A stretch of DNA of 62,943 nt, filler included, from Octopus bimaculoides (Eukaryota), in the NCBI RefSeq assembly GCF_001194135.2. It is 3 parts of 3 records of this genome, joined end to end, with 100 filler letters (N's around TTAATTAATTAA, not from the genome) between each part and the next. Parts side by side here need not be neighbours in the genome. Positions count along the whole stretch, not along the records: positions 1 to 29,960 come from NC_068997.1; 2 more parts are not named here. One strand, 5' to 3'. The position numbers were made by a program, and so were the translations under genes. The notes beneath the pieces were generated by a model, which was given only the letters and a program-made list of their open reading frames with translations, was not told where the DNA came from and searched no databases. Each line of letters starts with the position of its first letter. Position 1 is the first letter of the stretch. This document shows, one piece after another, positions 1 through 12,605 of the stretch.

Positions 1-45
<45 letters not shown>

Positions 46-1223
46 CATACATATATTGGTACATTTTGAATATTGCTCAAGTCATCTCAATAAACTCGCT
101 TGCCTCTCATATTAAATAGAATAAACCCTTTCCTTCATAAAAAACATCTAAACCTCAGAATGATGAAACGCGTCTCATTTTTCTTTCGGTATATGGCTAA
201 GCGTAATATTCCTCGTTCCTGTTTCTTTATCCCCATCTTCTGTTTTTCTCATATACATTTTATTTATTTATTTTTTTTTTTTTTACAGCCCTCATTCTTC
301 CTTCCTAAGATTTAGCTTAGAGATCTAAATATTAGACTAACCTGCACAACATTAATACTTCCCAATTTTATTTCAGCACATCCGTTGCTTCAATGATAGT
401 TTTTTTCACATATTTTCCTATTATTTCGGACATGAGGGACGACGAAGATTTTCTGTGAAATCTCTTATTGTTTTTACAATATTTCGATGAACACTGCATC
501 TATTGCTCTAGGCAGTCTGGCATCGAAAGACCTTGTTTCCTTTCGCCCTGGTGAATATTTCATATATTTCAGAAATGCACATTTGCAAGGCTACCCTTAT
601 AGCATTTGTGGATTGAGGCGGGGATATGTCAAGTCAAAAGTTTATGGGTTTAGCTAGAGAGAGAGACGAAATGAATGGCTTGTTATATATAAATGTATTC
701 TAGCGATATAACTCGCTTCAATACTTTATATGAGAAACCACATTTTGAAAATAATATAATCTTTGTTTATTTCTATCAGTAGAGATAGGTGCTTAATAAA
801 GAGGCGCAAAGTTATTGAATGACAACGAGGATTCATTCACACACACATACATATTTATATAATATGTGTTTGTGAGTGTGCATATATGATGTGTGTGTAT
901 ATAATGTATATATTGGATTCATTTATTTGTATCTTAACGTTATAACAGTGTCGGTTATGAAAAGCAAATTCTAATAGAGTTTTATATAGTATTCCAAACT
1001 CCTAGTTATGCCCACATACACGTAAATATTCGTAAGCATATTAAAGAATTTTACGTGCTTGGCAATGGATTCGATCTGAGATCAAATGTTGGGATAGATG
1101 TAAGTGCATCGTAATAGAGACATGATGACCACGTAAGTTACACATCCAATTATATATATATATCAGTAGTTGGTTGCAGTGAACACTCCTCGTGGTCTCA
1201 TTGTAAAAGGTGGATTAAATTAC

Positions 1224-1411
1224 CTTTTTTCTGAACACTTGGGTTGGTGTTCAAGTAAATGTCAACAATCTCTGTTACATCCCACGTCGGGGTTATAACG
1301 TAGTCAAAATCCGGTAGAGTAGTTAGAGATGGTTTACATATTTTTGAAAGAGGTGATAGAATTTGGTAGATAGAACCTGGGCGATACTCCGTCAGGCAGA
1401 ATATTGTTTGG
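1224..1411 (-). CDS. Probable internal coding exon of an unidentified minus-strand gene (phase 2 to phase 1): (S)QTIFCLTEYRPGSIYQILSPLSKICKPSLTTLPDFDYVITPTWDVTEIVDIYLNTNPSVQKK(G)
   Basis: 188-nt open frame with complex amino-acid composition. Acceptor ttctttatgttcttgtgtatag| and donor AAG|gtaatt. The apparent N-terminal 'signal peptide' of ORF 1198-1470 is probably just the polypyrimidine tract. Protein family not recognised. Confidence 0.55.
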
Positions 1412-2812
1412 CTATACACAAGAACATAAAGAATATTACCAGAAAGTAAATTTTTCATCATTAGGGGCACTACTGGTGTCCGGGATGAGGGAAACAGTCA
1501 CACGTCCTATGTGTAGTCATTGAGTCCTGGGCCCTGCTCTTCATTTTTCACGTGAAAAGAAAACAAAAGCTGCATTGCAAGCAGCATCGAAAGAGGGTAA
1601 CATTGTATTAACAAACCAAAGACCGCTTTGGTTAATTTATTGTTTTTTTTTTGTATATTACAAACGATCTTGGTGTGATTTGAAATACGAACTCGGGAAA
1701 AGTGCCACATATGCTGTGTGAAAATTATTCAACGTCTAATGTTATTACAGCCAACACATATGGCTATTATGTTTTATCATTATTACACATCTTTTCTAAA
1801 CAATTTCAAAAGCAGAGCAATCCGAATATAAAATATATCATAAATGTTATTCATCTGCTTTAAATATTTACTAATATGTTAAATTTAATTGGTGTGAAAG
1901 TCTCATTTTAACCAATTCGTGATATTTCACAAGAAAATAAGTAGCTATTAACCAATGTTGCTTATCGTTTGCGTGTTGTCTTTCATTTTTTTTTTTGTCA
2001 TGGCGTTTAGTATCCTGACAGTTAAAAGAGTTCATTTAACTTCAAAGATGAAAAGAGAGTGAAGCAATGATAACTTTAAGCATATTGGATTACCTACCAT
2101 TAAGCAAAAGATGGCAGACAAATTTTCATCCATCGCAACAGCCATTTTTACATTGATGTGTGTTTATTAATATGTAACATTCACACACTTAAACACACAT
2201 GTATAAGGATATTACGAATACTAAAAGCATATTATTTTTTTGAATATTTGATCTAAAAAATAAAATAAAAACCTTTCTTTTATGCATTTCAAACTTATAA
2301 TCTGGAAGAGAATCTAAGCTTACTATCAAAGTGTTAACTTGAAAAAAATAATAATATATCAATATAAAAAGACAAACAAAAAGAATTCTCAATAGGTAAT
2401 TTTAATCTGTTTTTTTTTTCTAAAGATGCACATCATTTTGTTCTCTCGTTAATGTTACAAGATGGAAAACAAATTAACCCAACACCCCAATAAAAAAAAC
2501 TATAATACATAAGAAAAACTTACATTACGATATCTATGGATATTTTATGGCTCACATTGAATCTCAGTTTTCTAACCTTAGTAATTGCTTTCCATTACAA
2601 CCTACATATGTAAATTTATTGTTGAAATTGGTTGAAAATGTGGTGTACAGACTCGTTCTTCATTCTTAATTTTTTATCAGATATTTTTTTTCAGATTCTC
2701 TTTAAACCAGGGTAAAATATGTGTATGTACTTTTGCCATATCCTAGTGACATATTTCTTTCAAGTTCAACGATTTGTTGCGTCCGTCGTACGTATAAATT
2801 AGCAAACGTTCT

Positions 2813-3002
<190 letters not shown>

Positions 3003-3214
3003 TTCCTTCTATCTTAAGCACATGTGCCGAAACTTGTGGAGTAGAGGGTCCAGTTGATACTATCAACCCCAGTAATTGACTGATTTATTTAATTGGGCTG
3101 GAAAGAATGAAAGGCAAAGTTGACGGCAGGATTTGAAATCAGAACGGAAAGAGGCGGAGGCTTTTTCCGACACCCTAATGATTCTGCATCTCACAACTCG
3201 CTATAATAATAATG

Positions 3215-3273
<59 letters not shown>

Positions 3274-3274
<1 letters not shown>

Positions 3275-3890
3275 GTGTAGGTGAGGACAGATAATAGCTA
3301 TTCCAAGTTGGGACTGGGAGAGATATTTAAAAGAGTATACAGTTGAAGAACATTGTTATGTATAAAAGGAAATTGGACAAGAAATACCAGAAAGACCAAT
3401 GACAATCAAAAATGAAAAATAAAAAGGAGAAAGGAAATAGTTGCGAGGGTGACATCGAGTGAAATGATATCATACAGAAGTAAAGGTGCTTCCCTCAATG
3501 CTTAAAAGAGACATGAATTAGGGATAGAAAAAGAATACTGGTCTTGAGAGGAACGGAAAGTGAAACACTGCATAAGGCAGTTAAGAAATGCTATTAACGA
3601 AAATCAAAGTGAAAATATAACAAGTGTAAACGACCTCATAATCTGCACAGGCTCTCTTGCGGTAGAAATATGGTAGGGGTTAAAATTCACGCATAAAAAA
3701 AATGAGGCAAAACTCGTGGTGGAAACGGAGCGTTGTCGAAGGAAGGTGAAAAGCTCAATAACTATATAGGATGGATAAATACAATAACTGAAATGACGAC
3801 GAAGGGAAAATTTAGGAAGAAGTTCCAAAGAAAGTATAACATCATCGGAAGATACTTAAATGCATTGAATGACTTAACTGCAATTTCTTC
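3274..3890 (+). mobile_element. Highly decayed R4/Dong-like non-LTR retrotransposon fragment (pre-RT region)
   Basis: Broken frames give GKFRKKFQRKYNIIGRYLNALND and CRRKVKSS, resembling the basic region upstream of the RT in R4-clade ORFs. It starts directly after an (AAT)n run. Confidence 0.35.
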
Positions 3891-4650
3891 CTTTTTGAAT
3901 TCATGAATGAGTGAGCTGAATTTCAATTGAAACAAGGATAACAACTCAAAACTCAATTCCATTTGGTTTGTAGAGGATACATGTTGGCCGTTTTCAAAGT
4001 GATATGACTCTAAAAGTTGTAGGTGGGGAGAATCATTCATTGTCGCATTTCATGCACCACAGATGGTATTCTGGCATGCGGCAGCAGGGAGAAATTTATT
4101 AAACCGTTATATTTTAAATCAGAATATGATTGTTGGTAATGTAGAAATTCTCCGTGTGACAGAAGTCGCAGGATTGCGACGTATATTTTTATTGCTGCAT
4201 ATTTGTTTTATATCATACTTCGTCGTACACGAATGAACACAAATAGAACGAATTAATTTCTACTTGCCGACAGAAACCCATACGTTTCCTTTGGGAATTT
4301 AGATAAAGTTTTCTTGAATGCATATCAGGTGACAAAAACGAGCTTCACCACTAGAATGAAATGCACAACCTACACAACCTAGACTAAACTTATTACTTAT
4401 CAAGCGCACGATAGACCTTCTGAATGTAAATCAGGTTATGGCTATTGGTGTTGTTTTAATGAAAGATGTACACATCTAGGAAATTCCATAACTCTAATGC
4501 GAAATGCTTATTTCCAGGATTCTTGATGTCTTAGTTTCTTGGAATATTAGCATCAAAAGTTTAGCAGTTACGCCTATTTCCGCTCAAAACTGCAATATCA
4601 GGTTTTACAGTTTTATATTTAAGAGATGAGCAATTATGTACATTATTTAC

Positions 4651-4815
4651 ATTATTTACATTTGACGGATAGTTGTCCTCACCTTGATTCATGTTAACAC
4701 ACCATATGCCCATGGGCATAAGGCATAATGGTTAAGAGCACGGGCTACTAAACCCAAGATTCCGAGTTCGATTCCAGGTAGTAACTTGAATAATAATAAT
4801 AATAATAATAGTAAC

Positions 4816-4901
<86 letters not shown>

Positions 4902-4903
4902 TG

Positions 4904-4970
<67 letters not shown>

Positions 4971-5122
4971 CAACAACAACAACATCGAAAAATACCTTAG
5001 GAATGAGAACTCAGGTCCGAAATTTCCCCATGACACCTGATGAAGGCTGGAGAGTATATCAGCCAAGACGTTGTGTTAACAACAAACAAGATGAGGAAAA
5101 ATACCCGTCAAATGTAAATAAT
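4651..5122 (+). mobile_element. tRNA-headed SINE-like element with internal (AAT)n and a hammerhead-bearing Penelope-type 3' end, preceded by an inverted partial copy of its 3' end
   Basis: A-box-like aggcataatggt (4721-4732) and B-box gagttcgattcc (4764-4775). (AAT)n/(AAC)n at about 4790-4983, hammerhead at 5032-5077. 4651-4700 is an approximately 50-bp imperfect reverse complement of 5073-5122. Confidence 0.65.
5032..5077 (+). ncRNA. Hammerhead ribozyme motif with mutated GAAA (probably inactive copy)
   Basis: gacac CTGATGA a ggctg-gagagtatat-cagcc AAGA cg T T gtgtt. Stems I and II pair; GAAAC is replaced by AAGAC. Confidence 0.6.
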
Positions 5123-6311
5123 GGAATTAAAATATCAGGTTTTTTGGAGATTTAAATAGTTTCATCCATTACTCAATCGAACGATCCGTTGTCTCTGACT
5201 ATGCCCGAAGGTTTTGCACCCTTTTTCGCTCTACAGACCCCATCTAATATTACCACCAACATGTTTAGTGTCAACCATCACATTCTGCTAAATGCTGTTT
5301 TAAAATTGTTGTACTTCGGCAGTTCATAACTTCTTTTTGCAAAATATTTTGTTCAGAAATTATCAACATGTCTCTCGGTATACAAACATTTCAATGCTTT
5401 GATAATGATATATGGATGGTCAGCGTAATTTTTCAGGGGGTCTACTTTGACATGTTTAAGGTTATCAAAGCCACCGTTCTGAGGTACTTCCAGCTCTTGT
5501 GTTTCGGGAAGATTTGAACCAGTAGCTGATTGTTAGTCTCGAATCTGGTTCATAATTCGAGTGCGTGGCCCTTTGTATTCCGGTCAATGATCAATACAGT
5601 TTGTATATTGCTTTATAATCACTGAAACATGAAAAGAAAGGAAAAAACACTACAATCCGTTGTTTAGATATGTTTCTTTATGATATATACTGACATCAGT
5701 TAATGTCTCTGACACGTTTACATTACATCCGTTAGTGTTGGCAAAACCAGCATTATCTCTGACCTAGAGAATAACTCCTTGAAACTGTAAAGTTTCATAA
5801 CTACTTATGATAATTTTTGATATTATATCAGTGTATTATAACATTCTGTAATAAAAGTTAATTATCACTATACGCTATTAACTACTTCACTAGGTCTTTG
5901 AACCCCATGATTTCTATAATTGTCATTAAATCCTATTGCATTGGTCATCAATCTTGGGACAGCGGAAATCTCGGACTCGATGTAATAACTGAACTTTGCT
6001 AATATCAAATTCGTTATACAAGCACTTTTGAGTCGTTTTCAGTGTGAATTGTGAATTATACGCACGCACACATACATACATACATACATACATACATACA
6101 TACACACACACATATAGTGTGTGAGTGTAAGATCACTTTTGCATAAATATGTATGCGTGTGTTGTGTATGTGCATATATGAGATATATATTACACATGAT
6201 ACTATGTGTGTGTATGCTTGCATATAGTTTTGTTCTCAAATGATTCACAAGTGAGTAACGAAACTGTCACGAAAATAATATATACGTAGAAAATATTTCT
6301 ATTTACTATTT

Positions 6312-6356
<45 letters not shown>

Positions 6357-6619
6357 ACACATGAATAAAGAATAGTTATATAGATGTATATGTGTGTGTG
6401 TAGGTGTGCGTACGTGTAAGTGCGTGTGGGGGTGTGCTTCTTTTCTCTATATGTGAGAGTGTGTGTGAGTATGCTCATATTAAATGGTCTAATACTTTTA
6501 CAAACCTAATTTGTGCCAAGTAGTACATCAGTACATCTATTTTCAATTCTATTATAATTGCCTTAACTCAATCATTCTCTACCACTCTCTTTTTATCTTC
6601 CTCTGTCTTTCACTCACTA

Positions 6620-6950
6620 TCATTCCTTTTCTCTCGTCTCTCCCTCTGCCTCTCTTGTATATATCCTGTCTTAGATTTTCCCTATTCTTCCTCATTTTCG
6701 ACAATACAACTAAGAATATCATTTTGTTATTTAAACGTATCAAAATTCCGGCGGCTATTTTCCTATAATTTTCTGTCCAAATGAACGATTCCAAGAGTTG
6801 CTTCGCATATTTTTACCGTTCTTTCCTAATTCTTCTATTTCCTTCCTTATTATTGCCATCTATTATTTTATTCTATTCCATTTTCTTCAATGTTGATATG
6901 TTAGATCTGAATTCTTTTGTTAATCTGATTCCAGCCATTGTAAACTTTCG
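6620..6950 (-). mobile_element. Possible decayed R4-like RT C-terminal fragment
   Basis: KYAKQLLES...AAGILI...DIYKRGRGR loosely matches ...KKLLESKL...AAGILDW...RLYxxRxxGGRG. Weak. Confidence 0.2.
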
Positions 6951-7362
6951 ATTGCTACTATCGTGTTTTAAATGCAAAACATAAGCGAGTAAAATCTCTG
7001 AGAAGTACACGTATGTATGTGTGTGCAAACATAGAGCTGGTGCTGTGCTAGCTATTCGATACTGACATTGAGTATACACCCATCCACATACATACATATA
7101 TACTCTCACTCAAATATATATAAATACGCATACACATATACACACACATATATATATATAGATAGATAGATACTAACATATATATATACATACATATATA
7201 CGGCACATTAATTGACAATCGCCTGATTATATATATAGACATATGTATGCATACCTAGATACATCGTATATATATGTATATACATACATAATACATGTAT
7301 ATAGATATATAGACATAAATACACATAAATATATACATATATATATGCATACATATATATAT

Positions 7363-7396
<34 letters not shown>

Positions 7397-8629
7397 ATNN
7401 NNNNNNNNNNNNNNNNNNNNNNNNNNNNNNNNNNNNNNNNNNNNNNNNNNNNNNNNNNNNNNNNNNNNNNNNNNNNNNNNNNATCTAAGATATATAAGAA
7501 AAAAACAATCACCTTAGATCGACTTCTCATAATGTGAATTCCAGCCAATAAACTTTTCAATGATTTTACCTATTAAAATCAAAAGATCCACAGAATAAAA
7601 TGCCAAGAATTTAGTTTTCCAAGCAAACATCCTCATCTTTAAATATATTTATATTTTGGTACTAGCTTTTTTTTTTTTGAGCAATTTTATAAGAAAATTT
7701 CTTCATCCCGTGTCTTATTGAAATTCGTTTTTTTTAATAACTATTCCATTCTTAATTTTTCAAGCACTTCATCATCATCATCATCATCATTATCATTATT
7801 ATTATTATTATCATTATTATTAACAAGATTTTTTTTGTTACTGTTTTTCTCTTTGTTGTTGTCGTTCTTACTCATGTAGGTTCACGTGGGAAAACTACAT
7901 TATTGTCATTCTATTCTTTGGATAGTTTTTTTCTTTCTAGATTTTTTTTCTTCCTTATTTCAATAAGTTACTTTTTTTTTATTTCAAAAATTTCTTGAAA
8001 ATGTCGTTTAATTTTCTCCGGTTTGAGTTCTGATTTTGAAAAGAAAATTTAAAACGAAAGAGAAAAAAAACATGATTTTTAATAATTTTGCAACATATTT
8101 CTACTTAACTTCTTCTCCTCCTTTGACATTTTGTTATTTCTGTTGTTGTTGTTGCTGATACTGTTCTTGCGCTTCGTTTCTTCATATTCAAACCTCTCTA
8201 TTCTATTTCTGTAGTGTTCATTTATCCTTTTGCAATATCATTCTCTGTCTATCTAACTTGTTTGTATTTTTCTCTTTCCTTTCAGACATCACTCTTTATT
8301 TAAATATGTTATATTATATTGATTTTGCTTCTTGTTTTCCTTTCTAATCTTATAGCTATGTGTAAGTTGAGAAGCGGTTCAATTGAAATGTTAATCGCTC
8401 CTGTTGTTGTTGTTGGTGGTGGTGATGGTGATGATGGTGTTGTTGTTATATAACGTCGATTGTGAACGACGAAAAATAAATGTAAATCAAGAATTACTAT
8501 TTCGAAAATGGTAAAATAAATTAATAACATTAAAAAAAACTGTGACAAATGATTTGAGTAAAAGTAAAGTTTATGCAACACGGTAGCTTTAGAAAGACTA
8601 AAGTCGCCGCTGAAGAAAAATATACTCTC

Positions 8630-8860
8630 GGCGAACTGGCAGAAACGTTAGCACGCCGGGCGAAACGCTTAGCGGTATTTCGTCTGCCATTACGTTCTGA
8701 GTTCAAGTTGCACCGAAGTCGACTTTGCCTTTCATCCTTTCGGGGTCGATGGAATAAGTACCAGTTACGCACTGGGGTCGGTATAAACGACTTAATCTCT
8801 TTGTCTGTCCTTGTTTGTCTCCTTTATGTTTAGTCCCTTGTGGGCAATAAAGAAATAAGA
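8630..8860 (+). mobile_element. tRNA-derived SINE family A, full length, with 19-bp TSD
   Basis: ggcgaactggcagaaacgttagc...gagttcaag...gactttgcctttcatcctttcggggtcgat core. Perfect direct repeat aagaaaaatatactctcgg at 8613-8631 and 8857-8875. Confidence 0.9.
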
Positions 8861-9839
8861 AAAATATACTCTCGGATGTGCCCAGTTCGCAAACTGGCTG
8901 AATTTATACGGTCTAATGAAAACGCAGGAGATATGAAAAATCCGAATCCCTTTTAATTAGAGCGATCGTAGTTTTGTGTCTGTTTCCAAAAACATGATAT
9001 GTAATTGTCTGTATTGAAAGCCATAGTGTTAAACTTACACGCCTCCAATGATCAAATCCTCTAAGAACAGTTCGCAGCCAAACGTTAACTGTCGATTTAC
9101 ACTATGTCACTTGATTTACATCGATAATGCTCTCAGAAGAAATATGACATTAAAGATAAAATTACGCATATCAATGCGTTTAAGCTTAACTTGGACCCAT
9201 GTTGGTAGTCAAGTGAAATACATTGTTTTGTAAATCTATTAACCTTAACCTTTCATTGCACTTGCTTGTCTTTGGGAGAAAGAAGCAGATAGGAACCATC
9301 TCAAAATGCTAGCAAAGGTTTAAGTTTAACGAAGGCTACCGAAATAGAATTTAGTAATATTATCTCAGGTACTGGATTGTGATTTCAAATGGAAATGGAG
9401 ACAGACGAAAGAAATACTGTAATGCTTATCCGATACCTCAACTTTTTAGCCAGTCCACTTCGCTGGCTACCGCATCATGTTGGTCACCTAACTAAGCGAC
9501 TAAGTTGCTATTTTATTCTGGAAGGATGAAAGGAAAAGTAAACTTCGACAGGATCTGATGGAATAAGTACTACAAGGCAATGCATCTGATACACTTACGA
9601 TTTTGCCAGCCCACCCGACTTTTTAAATCCTTTCATCGAAGTATGGTAAAGTGGCGCTAAAACCGTGGAGAGCATAATGAAAGCAGCTGATGTACAACGA
9701 TTGAGGATGGAGTAATCAAATTCGATTTGTGCCTTATATGCAAATACTTGTGGAAAGAGTCAAAGAGTCAGTGTATGTGTACGATGGGTATGACACAGAT
9801 TCCGTCGTCTTTTGAGACATTTAAATTCACTTAATTTAC

Positions 9840-9927
9840 CTACAGTTGTAGAGAAGGTGATAGTTTCTGTCACTGATCTGCTCCTCCAAGATTTCATTAA
9901 ACCATGGAGAAATTCTAGGCGATTTTT
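9840..9927 (-). CDS. Candidate coding exon (phase 1 to phase 2): KSPRISPWFNEILEEQISDRNYHLLYNC(S)
   Basis: Acceptor atttctatccataaccacctcag| and donor TAG|gtaaat. The frame is open and phase-compatible with exon 1224-1411, giving ...HLLYNCS-QTIFCL... The frame stays open upstream to 10009. Confidence 0.4.
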
Positions 9928-11615
9928 CTGAGGTGGTTATGGATAGAAATTTATTTAAATTCGTGATAATAAGCGTAACAATGCCATAAGAAAGAAGGTA
10001 TAATGTAAGCTAGCGCCTCTCGTATTTAGGGTAATATTCTTGCATCATTTATTTCCGCATTACATTTTACTTCCTCGGTATATTTTTAACCCTTCTCTGT
10101 ACTCTGTCATTCCTTTCTCTACCTTTTAATTCTATGAACATTTCGTAGTGATATATTAGCCTTCAAATAAGTTCGAACTAGAAAGTCCTATGTTTGAAAT
10201 ATGTATAAGTGTCTTAATTGTGTTGAAGGAGAAACGATTGACTACAGGATCAAGTAAACAAAGAAAATCTCTACCCTTGTAGAAATCTCTTACAACACAT
10301 TAAGTGATATGACACACTGATAAAATGCTTATTATTAACATAGCACAATTTGTATTTATAACAAGGATATATATCGTAAACATTTACAGGTGAGTATACT
10401 ATGACTCGTTGTTTCGTTGTTTGACCATCAGCTGTGTATGAAGGCCAGTGACAGGACACACATCGTCAACACATCATGTGTTTCCACTTGAAATTGTATG
10501 TAATCTCACGTTGTTTTGAATTTAGAATAATCAATAAATAATCAAATTTTAATTCCTCTTATTTAATGTTATTAGAACTGCTAATTTTATAAAAGCCATT
10601 GTAATTTGATATCATATTTTGGTGAGATAAATAGATATTCCTGACAAGTCACTGAAGACATTAAAGTAAGAATACATTTCCTCGAAATATCTCAACTGAG
10701 GTACCGTAGAATTAAAACGTCACACAAGCACGTAACACATTTTACAAAGTTTTAGTCTAGGTATATTCATCCCAGCCACTCGCTAATTTCACGCGCTCTG
10801 ATAAAAGGCGTTGGGTGCTACTCTCTCTGATTAACCTATTAAAAATGAATGTAAACACCTCCAGAAGAACCCAGTCCATCATGCTTCTCGCGTGAAGCTG
10901 CTTCACTTCGGTTTCACAACCTTTCTGTTTTAACATATCCTTCAATTTCCTCTTCATCGTGACCATACAGTCTTGTGGCTATTCAAATATCTAACATCAG
11001 TCAATGAGTTCTAGTTACTATAAATACTTTGTAATTCTAATTGATGTTTAGAATCAGGAGAGTCCTAAGTAAAGAGATTAAACAAACCTTTGGTGACCTG
11101 AACTCTAGTAGCAACCCTACTCTATTATTTATGTAAGACTACATAAAAAAAATTATGTCCTATTTAAAATGGTAGGGTATGAGTTGGGATATATTTGGCT
11201 TCTATTTCTAGTAGGACAATCGATCATGAAAATGCTCCAGTTAATATAATTGTTGAACTGAAAATATGGAGGCATCAAGTTTCTTTCGAGTACTGCATCG
11301 GTTTGTTCGTTCAAAGCAATTATGATTAATCTTAAGTTACTGTTACTATAATTTAACAACAAAGAAAGGCAGTCTCATAACTAGCGACGGGTTAATAAAC
11401 ATTAATTCCGACATGAAAATGTTAGGTTTCTTGTATCCAATAGACAAGAACGATGAAAGGCAAAGATGACTTCAGGGAATTTGTTCGAATGAAGCACCGA
11501 TTAACTCTCATCAATATCAGTAGATCATTATCGTCGATTTGATATCATGCAGTGTCAAAGATGTGTGACCAGGATGGAATTAAGATAAGAGAAAGAAATA
11601 CGGCAAAGTATCTTT

Positions 11616-12052
11616 TATCCTTTATTTGTTTCAACCATTAGGCAGCGGCCATGCTGGTGCACCCCCTTGGATTTTCAGTCGAATGAATCGACCCCAGTAC
11701 TTTTTTTTAAAGCCTGGTAAAATACACTATCGGTTTATTTTACTGAACCACTAAGTTACGTGGAGGCAAACACACTAACATCGGTTGTCAAACGGCAATG
11801 GCAGGAGGGAAAAGATAGACACACATATACATATAGATACATACATACATATATATGTGTGTATATACATATTCATATATAAATACATACATACATACAT
11901 ACATACATACATTTATATACGACAGGTTCCTTTCAGATTCCGTCTATCTAATCCACTATTCTAGAAGACACTTGCTCAAGATGTCACAGGAACCGGGAAC
12001 TATGTGGTTGGTAAGCAAGCTTCTTAACACACAGCCACGCCTACGCCTATAT
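11616..12052 (-). mobile_element. tRNA-derived SINE family B with internal (TA/CATA)n
   Basis: Reverse complement of ggctgtgtggtaag..gcttgc head and ..cagcatggccgc..gaaacaa tail. Confidence 0.8.
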
Positions 12053-12392
12053 CTTAATCAAAACTTTGAAATCTCCATTGAGAATCATCCAATAGCCTTC
12101 ACACTTAATTTTTTTCGCAACACTTCCTCAAACGTGTCGGCAGTGCCGTTGGCGTAATCATGGTATAATCTATATATAATTGCAGTGTAAATTAAATATA
12201 ATGAGACTTCGAATAAGTAGTTTTCTACTGTGGATCAGCTGGATAAAGCAGATCTAATTAGGTCATTAAACCAACAGGGAAAATCCTGGAAATTAACACT
12301 TGGCAGAAAACATTTACAACGAACATTAATCAGTATTATTACTTAGCCCCAAATGAGATTTGCTCCTGCAGATCTATGATAAAAGGCATTCA

Positions 12393-12605
12393 TTTTCTAC
12401 TCTAAGCACAAGGCCCGAAATTTTGGGGGAGGAGGCCAGTTGGTTAGATCGACCCCAGTACGCAATTGGTACTTAATTTATCGACTCCGAAAGGAAGAAA
12501 GGCATAGTCGACCTCGGCGGAATTTGAACTCAGAACGTAAAGACAGACGAAATAGCGCTAAGCACTTCGCCCGACGTGCTAACGTTTCTGCCAGCTGACC
12601 ACCTT
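12393..12605 (-). mobile_element. SINE family A (tail type ...ggccttgtgc..agagtagaa)
   Basis: Reverse complement of the family A head and core. Confidence 0.85.

Noticed and set aside
1412-1470. Signal peptide at the start of ORF 1198-1470
   Set aside because: Better explained by the acceptor polypyrimidine tract, though a first coding exon is not excluded.
4708-4787. tRNA gene
   Set aside because: A/B boxes are present, but there is no acceptor-stem closure and it continues into a repeat body; it is a SINE-type head.
8573-8833. Recurrent peptides such as LAETLARRAK.. or NSERSGRRNTAK.. at many loci
   Set aside because: Chance translations of SINE family A and B copies, not a gene family or CRISPR array; spacing is irregular and units exceed 150 bp.
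10757-10978. ORF MVTMKRKLKDMLKQKGCETEV... as an exon or RTE fragment
   Set aside because: Weak acceptor, ambiguous donors and only vague RTE similarity.
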